Origin: Balanoglossus misakiensis
Lineage: Eukaryota > Animalia > Hemichordata
Direction of reading: 5' to 3'
Assembly (NCBI GenBank): GCA_040954595.2
Contig: CM082581.2
Span: forward strand, 10,849,099-10,913,098
DNA length: 64,000 nt
The notes under the pieces are model-generated. The model searched no databases. It was not told the origin of the DNA and worked only from the letters and a program-made list of their open reading frames with translations. Both the position numbers and the translations under genes were made by a program. Shown here piece by piece: positions 57,172 to 64,000 of the stretch (position 1 is the first letter of the stretch; every line of letters starts with the position of its first letter).

Positions 57172-59965
57172 TTAATTTTTCAGCATGAGAAAGTCCTTCA
57201 GCAGCACCGGAAGCGGCAGGTTCTTCACGTACCTCAGGCGCCGCTTCCCGAGACATTCCCGAATTTGGCACCGGCAGAGGTGCTGGAGGGAGCGCGGATT
57301 CGTCGAGAGGTGCTTGATCCACTCGTACTTCCGTTTCATTGCGTTGAATTCAGCCGTCCGGCCTTGGTTCCGCAGCAAGGTGTAAATCGGCAGCATTTCA
57401 GGGGGCGTTATTCTCTTACTGGCCCGTACTATGGCCTTCAGTACTGTAATGTTTTCTTGGACCGTGAACACCTCGTCCTGCAGCATTGTCCTCTTGGCGT
57501 CGGGGCGCAGCTGCGTGTCAAAGTTAGCACCGTAACTGATCAGTAAAGCAGCGACCTTCGGGCGGCGACGGGGTAGCCACGAATTCTTCAAACTCTGGAG
57601 CGCTTGTTCGTCATCAGACCGAGCGTTGTGGTTCATGAGAAGTCCGTGGCGATGGAGGTACCTCGAGTGGGGCTCATCGACTGCGTTGAATGCCACAAAC
57701 TGTAAAGGGGACAGACCTTGTAGAAGAAAAAACAACAAGCAGGACAAGGCTTAATACTGCAACACTGCACAGATTTGTTTCATAATAAATACTTCTCTGC
57801 TTCCTGGGAAGATAGTGACTTTTCAGTCATCTGAGTACATACATACATTACAAGGCATTGAAAAGTTCACATTTCAAGTTACAGAACATACCTTCTGAAA
57901 GAGTTCGCAGACATTCTGGTACAAGACCATCCTTTATTGAGTCAAGCGACGCCCTGGTGGTGGGCAAATCAACGTCGACGTTGTACCCCTCGGCTATTAT
58001 CATCTCAACCAGTTCGAGGTCATCGTCGCTCGAATGACACACTGCGTAGTGCAGGGGCGAGAAACCACGGTCGTTGAAGTGGTTGACATCCGAGCCGTGT
58101 CGCAGCAGCTCCCGAACAGCTCCCCTCAAGTTGTGCAGGACACATTCGTGAAGAGGGGTGCTCTCTATGTGGGAGAGAGTAGAGACAGTCAAAGTCAGGG
58201 TTGGCGAGAACAAGCATGATGAGCAAGAATTCTACTAGACAGTGGTGCAAACAAAGCCGAGAGCATCGTGCAAATCATTTTAGACAACAGACTGACACGT
58301 ATACAGACAGTGCTCAGTCAAAAAGAACCCAGGTCTACAAGGATACAGTTTGCAGGAACTAATAAGACCCTTTGTAAAATCTTCAGCAATGATTAAGTGA
58401 TATTATGTAATTGGAGAAAAAGGCAGTTTTTGCATACCAGTGTACTTTACTGGCAGTGAGAGTATATCTCTGCCAATGGCATTTTTGAGCTGCACCAAGA
58501 CGGAGTCTTCGTGGCCGTAATGACTGGCGATGAACAGACTGGTTCTTCCCATTTCGTCCTGGCAGTTGTAGTCGCCACCGTTCAGGATCAGTTCCCGGAT
58601 GCAGCCGCTGTGGTTGTTCTTGGCAGCCAGGTGCAGGGGGGTGCTTCCTGCAGTCAGTGGCACCACTGAAGAGAATAAACATAGTCACAGTTAATGGAGC
58701 TTTAAAGACACCTGCCCATTCCATTCAACCGAGTATTAAAAAACCACAGGGCACAGAGACCATTGCACTTACCTGTCTTTCCTATTTCTTTCATGGGAAC
58801 ATTGGGGCTGGCACCGGAGTCCAGCAGTAGCTTCAGACACTTCGTGTGACCGTTCTCAGATGCCCAGTGGGCGGCAGTCACTTCAAAACGGTCCCGCAAG
58901 TTGGGATTTGCTGTTGGAAGGGAGAACACAGCAAAAGCACTGATGAGCGACAGAGTGAGGATGATGTGGGAGTAGGCCCTCCCCCACACACTGGCACAGG
59001 TGGTAACCATTTTGTTTCAGGCCAGTAACATATTTGATTTCTCTATTTCGGTATCTAATGTTTGTGAATTGAACAATATATGTACCTGCAAAAGCATATA
59101 TTCAACACATCCCATTCACACCTTCATGCTTACATGGATGGTCAACACTGGGGGTGCATGTAGCATGGAGGTAGCAACAGCAGCTTGTTGGGGATATTAG
59201 TAAACACATATGCTGAGTTGGTTTCAGGAATACTGCATCACCGGGGTTGGTGATGAAAAATACGACATTTAAAGAGTGCCCTCAATTGATTTACGTCCCC
59301 CATTATTAGCCACACACTTTACAAATTACACGATATATCATGTACATGTATATACGAATTGATGATTTACACAGTCAAAGTGAACAACTGACAAAGTGTG
59401 CTTTAAAGGATACACTGGGCAGAACACGGTGAATTGGTAAAAGTAGTGGTACTTTCAATGTGAAATTTGGCGAGATACAAGGACATTGACATTGTACGTG
59501 TCATCTGAACCTGAAAACCTAATACGGAAGTGAAGGTTGGTACATGGCCTTGTTTGTTCGTCAGACGTATATTGGTCAGGGCCTCAAAATACATCTCGCA
59601 GATAATCCAGAGGCGAAATAGAGCAGGCACGACCGGATCCCAGTGAGAACTAAAACTCCGTGACACACACGAGTTCACTACTTACCCCCTTTATCGAGGA
59701 GAACCTTCACAACATCGTCGAAACCCAAATTGGCAGCGTGCATGAGCGGGCTCATGTAGTTTTCAGACGCGTAAAACAGCGCTTTTGTATACGATGTAGC
59801 GTCAACCAAGGCCCCTTTCTCAAGTAACGTTCTAACGGCCTGGACATTTCCCTTCTTGGTCTCTTCCACGAGTTCCTTGTCCAGTAACACTTGCGGATTT
59901 TCTGGAGAGATTGTGTATTTTGAATATCTCCTACTGGTTACGGGACAGACGTCTCGATGCGCCAT
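57172..59965 (-). CDS. Ankyrin repeat and SOCS box-containing (ASB-family) protein, 5 exons, about 487 aa
   Basis: Exons 59686-59965, 58773-58910, 58438-58665, 57892-58164 and 57172-57716 are joined by phase-1 GT-AG introns (1464 nt). Ankyrin repeats [28 protein letters not shown] and SPLHYAV; C-terminal SOCS box PRSLQHLCRCQIRECLG...LPLPVLLKDFL. Confidence 0.9.
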
Positions 59966-60020
59966 GTTGGAACCTACCTCGGGGAAACCCTCTCGCAAGG
60001 CATCATGGTTAAAAACACAC

Positions 60021-60062
60021 TGACGTCACTGACCAGGGCCTTGGCATTTACGGAAGTAAACA
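60021..60062. promoter_or_regulatory. Candidate proximal promoter of the ASB gene (CRE, ETS and Forkhead sites)
   Basis: TGACGTCA at 60021-60028, CGGAAGT at 60051-60057 and GTAAACA at 60056-60062, 55-100 bp upstream of the ATG at 59965. Confidence 0.45.
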
Positions 60063-60706
60063 AACTAAGCTTTCATGCAAAGAGAATAACATGATACTGC
60101 GCTGTAGTTACCGTATTGTTATGATAACGGCAACCTTGACCCCCTTCGCATGTAACCACGGTCCCACCGTGATGTAACTTTGCTTTTATCATAAGATCCG
60201 GCATTTTTTTCAGAAGAAAATCAAGGAAATGTGTTCCCCTTTTCGCCCGGAACGTCCTAAAAAGTGATCACACAATAACGGATATGTTCGACATAAGTTT
60301 CATCTTTAGCTTGATGTGATTTTTTTTGTCGTTATGAATATCTTCATTATTTACGAAGGAGCTCAACTCATGAAAATTAATGTCAACTTTATATTTTGAA
60401 AATGTGGTATTCTCGATTGCCAAGCAATAGTGCCACCAACGGCAGTTATCACGTTTAATACTGTACATGTACCCACTGGTCTGGTCACTGTCGTTCAGTA
60501 TCTTTCTGTCTGTAAAACGCTCCAGTATCAGTATGTATAGATGGATGAATGGGCGGGTCACCAGGGTGGTTGGGTCGGGTGGGTGGAGTAGTGACCGTGG
60601 TTTGTGGATGGATGGGAGGATCCCTCCAGTATGGATAGATGGATAGATTGGTGGGTGGGTCTGTGGTTGGGTGGATGGGTGGGATGTAAAGGATAGGCTG
60701 TTGGTT

Positions 60707-60707
60707 G

Positions 60708-60745
<38 letters not shown>

Positions 60746-60767
60746 TAGATATATATAGATAGATAGA
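60707..60767 (+). repeat. (GACA)n/(GATA)n microsatellite, preceded by a degenerate GGAT/GGGT tract (about 60535-60690)
   Basis: Directly visible. Confidence 0.9.
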
Positions 60768-61585
60768 ATACAATGTCTGTTTCATCTGCCAATAAACCCT
60801 GGGGCAAGACCATGCTCTCCTTATTTGTTTTGTGCGTTTTTATTGACCACCATTCAGGCATCGATCTCTGAGTTATTGAACAGAAATGGGAACATATCGA
60901 CAAAGTAATGATATTGTTTTCCTCTTGACGGAAATGTCGAACTACTTCCTTGGCTCTTAGACTTGCCAGATGTGAATGATCGATCAGCCGAAACGATTGC
61001 TCAGGCGCTTGGGTCCCTATTGTAATAGTTGGAGTTTTTCTTCTTTCTTCTTGAGTCGTTTTTTTTGTTCACCTCGATCTCAGAAACCACTGCAGCTGCG
61101 CTTCTGAAACTTGGCACGGTGGGGAACACTGGCAGAAAACAGTTATACATACAGAACGTTTTCAATATTCGAATAATCGGGAATTGCTTTTCTTAACCGA
61201 GTGAAACAAACAAACAAACAAGATTGGATAACAAAACAGTCTACACACCAATGTTCCCCTTTAATGCTCTCATTTTATTTGTCCTTCGCCTTGTCGATCC
61301 GTCTACAGTTCCAATGAACGACCACCAACTGTGGACCACGATGTTCATCTTCTTTGGACCGAAGAACCGTCTCTTTTATATTCCACGTGAAGTTCTCCAC
61401 CTAGCGGGTAGAAAGAGCTTTATTCGCTTGAGAGTAAAGGGGTCAAGCTGAGAAGTCTCGTTATTTCCTTAGGGTCGACTAGTATAGTGTGCAAAAGATT
61501 TATTCGACACGCATCGGCTGATAACAATCGCTGTGTAAGTCGTGACTATTTCACTGTTTGTTTGTCTCGTTTTGTCTTGTCGTAT

Positions 61586-61629
61586 CTGTCTGTCTGTCTG
61601 AACGTCTGCCATTTTACCTGATTTTCTGC

Positions 61630-61661
<32 letters not shown>

Positions 61662-61663
61662 CT
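61586..61663 (+). repeat. Two (CTGT)n microsatellite tracts
   Basis: Directly visible at about 61586-61600 and 61630-61663. Confidence 0.85.
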
Positions 61664-64000
61664 GTTATGGTTTAATTATCCCTCTCCCCAGGGCAAATTT
61701 TGACTGTTCAGAGTGCATCTTCCCGGAAAGGTAATGATGTTACCTATTGCCTTGGTTGCCAAGCAACGGAGTGCTGCAGACTAGCGGAACACAGTGGAAA
61801 ACACATTTTTAGAAATATCACTCGGAGCCTTAGAGTTTTTGTTGAGCTTATTTTGCCGACATAAACGTGACACTTTGACCCGTTGTTTCAAATTTGCCCA
61901 CACTGTATGACATGTTTTATATGTTTCATAGGTAGTTCAAGGTTGGTCATGGCAGACCTAGAAATGAATTCTGACCTTTTATTGTTGTTTTTTACATGCA
62001 TACACCGCGGTTATTGATGATACGGGAACCACAGGTACATGAGAATAGCAATATCGCTTTATCAACTGTAACCGTGGTGAAATAATAAACTTTTTCATTG
62101 AGACGTTTCGCTCATATTGGTCTCCAGCGTGAGACAAAACCAAGCTACCTCTGAGAGTAGGCGTGGTAAGGTAATTTGCATCGCGCTCGCTCCTTAAAAC
62201 ATCATTTCCGAGCGGCACTTTGTTGCAGTTTCATGGGAAGTATCGCGTAATCACTTCAAAGACGGTTACATGGACCCCAATCACAATCCCTTCCTGGTCA
62301 TCCGATATGTTATATAACTAACCCTTTCCGAGTAGGGGATGTATTTTAGACCCGCAGGTATGGGAAAAGTATTAAATTTCATTAAAATCCTCGAATCCGA
62401 TAAAAAAAGTTCCCACAATGCGCGGTATAGAATGGCTAAGCGATGATATCAAGTTCCCAGTACCTACAGTTTGTACTAATTAAATAGTTAATATCACTGT
62501 TGTGGATGTCGTTTATCCTTTTAGATACAAAGCTGTCAGATTATTAATGATAATTTGGAAATACACGTTAGACCTAAAATGCCAAAAGTTTTGCAGTTTT
62601 TATATTGCCTAACACAGTGTAAATGCCTGATATGTAGGTCACATCTGGATGACAATATTAAATGTTTCCTGATCCCAATCATTAATTATTAATACACCAA
62701 GCTTAAAATTTGTAAGAACGTAAGACGAGAGATTATAAGATATAGGTAACACTTATTAATTGTTAAAGAGGAAAGTGTTCTCTTGTGTAAGTTTGATTTA
62801 AAAAAATGTTTCTAGTAAGTAGGCCTGCATACCCCGGTAGAAGGATTTGGTGACAGGCGTGGTGTATCAATAATATATTTTTTCAGTTTCTTGCACCAGG
62901 CGTCAACACACTCCATTGTTCGACATGCCGAATTCAGTGGAGCGGTTCGAAGCAGGAAGTCAGTGATAAGCTCCTTTCCGATTCCTCTTCATTTTGAATA
63001 AATTATTCCCTTTCTTTCGCTTTGGAGCCACATACTGTATAATGCGCAAGATTTGCAGAAACTTTTGGCAACGTGGTTTACAGATCCCTGGCGCTGATCG
63101 TGCGATGTGCAATATTTAATGCGCATACAGATATAGCAACCAACACACCGGATGATATACATCGCACAGTGTATATAGCAGGCGATTCCCTAAACTGGTG
63201 GCGACTTGGTGAGACGATGATAAACGTCCATCCGTCCATCAATCCATTCATCCACCCCTCCCCTCCCTCTCTCCGATCATTTGACCGTCACAACTTGGTA
63301 CAGATACCGGAATGTACCGATTTCACTCTCCAATTCTCTCTCTCTCAGTAAATCGAACGTCGGTGTTCAAAGCCGCCTTCAGGCAGCAAGATTGCCGCGG
63401 CTTACCACGCACGATTGATCAATTCGGAAGAAAATCGTGCAAGCTTTTAATTAACTAGTTAAACTGTGAAAATGCAGAAGCTGTGATAAGCACGAGTCGA
63501 GTACGTGTTGTACATCACTTTGCGACAAACAAGGAAATGTTCTGATTTAAGGTGAATCGAGGAAAACAAGTGTATTTATTGCGTAGTCTTGTTTAAATTT
63601 TTCGACCACTGCTAGGCCAAATATTATTGCTGTTTTATGTGCACGCTCAATGACTAGGCCTACCATGCCTACACGTCGGTATTTAAGGGATCGACTGCGG
63701 CAGGGAACACAGTCAAGATAACCTTCTCATCAAAGACACATTACAAAATGCCACGCCAAAACCTATTAGTGTAAAGCTGGGTCGCGTTATTTTCAAAAGT
63801 AAAAAACAAAACAAAAAACAATCCACTAATGTACCGCCACAAAATAAATCTAATGCAGCGTTTATACAAAACATTCGCGATGATATTGTATTAATAACTG
63901 CATTCTATTTTTCATTCGATGCCATTAATTTTTGGGAATTTTAAAGATTGTAGTGGCTAATTTCTTTAAAGTCTCAGTGGAACCTGGACAATGAGATTGT

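Noticed and set aside
60268-60903. 211-aa minus-strand ORF
   Set aside because: It runs through GACA/GGAT microsatellites and is a low-complexity artefact.
63966-64000. TTAAAG... possible Kolobok-type MITE start (similar at 59403)
   Set aside because: No matching opposite terminus lies within the window.

Overview
This is eukaryotic (metazoan) genomic DNA: AT-rich, with short GT-AG introns. The protein sequences look like those of an invertebrate deuterostome such as a hemichordate or echinoderm, but that is an impression only. I reconstructed eight protein-coding genes by hand from splice sites and frame continuity. In order: PRC1 (5' part, -), an intronless small heat-shock protein with a perfect HSE (+), a SAP-less ERI-family DEDDh exoribonuclease (-), a complete 21-exon tankyrase (-) head-to-head with GINS4/SLD5 (+), a PP1 glycogen-targeting subunit of the PPP1R3B/C type (+), tRNA-His guanylyltransferase THG1L (+), and an ankyrin-repeat/SOCS-box gene (-). 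About 21 kb between GINS4 and a transposon complex (18-39 kb) has no recognisable coding sequence. The most notable observations are four. (1) A 2.8-kb, three-element nested DNA-transposon complex sits just upstream of PPP1R3: an IS3EU-like long-TIR element with a 6-bp TSD, carrying a 9-bp-TSD MITE whose empty site survives in the opposite arm, and a TTAA piggyBac-like insert. (2) ERI-family, tankyrase and PPP1R3 genes are linked as on human 8p23/10q23. (3) The neighbouring PPP1R3 protein contains a canonical tankyrase-binding motif, RMSPDG. (4) There is a perfect 56-bp palindrome and a family of roughly 85-bp TTAA MITEs. I found no tRNA, rRNA or CRISPR array, and no firm evidence for a wholly new biological system beyond these hypotheses.
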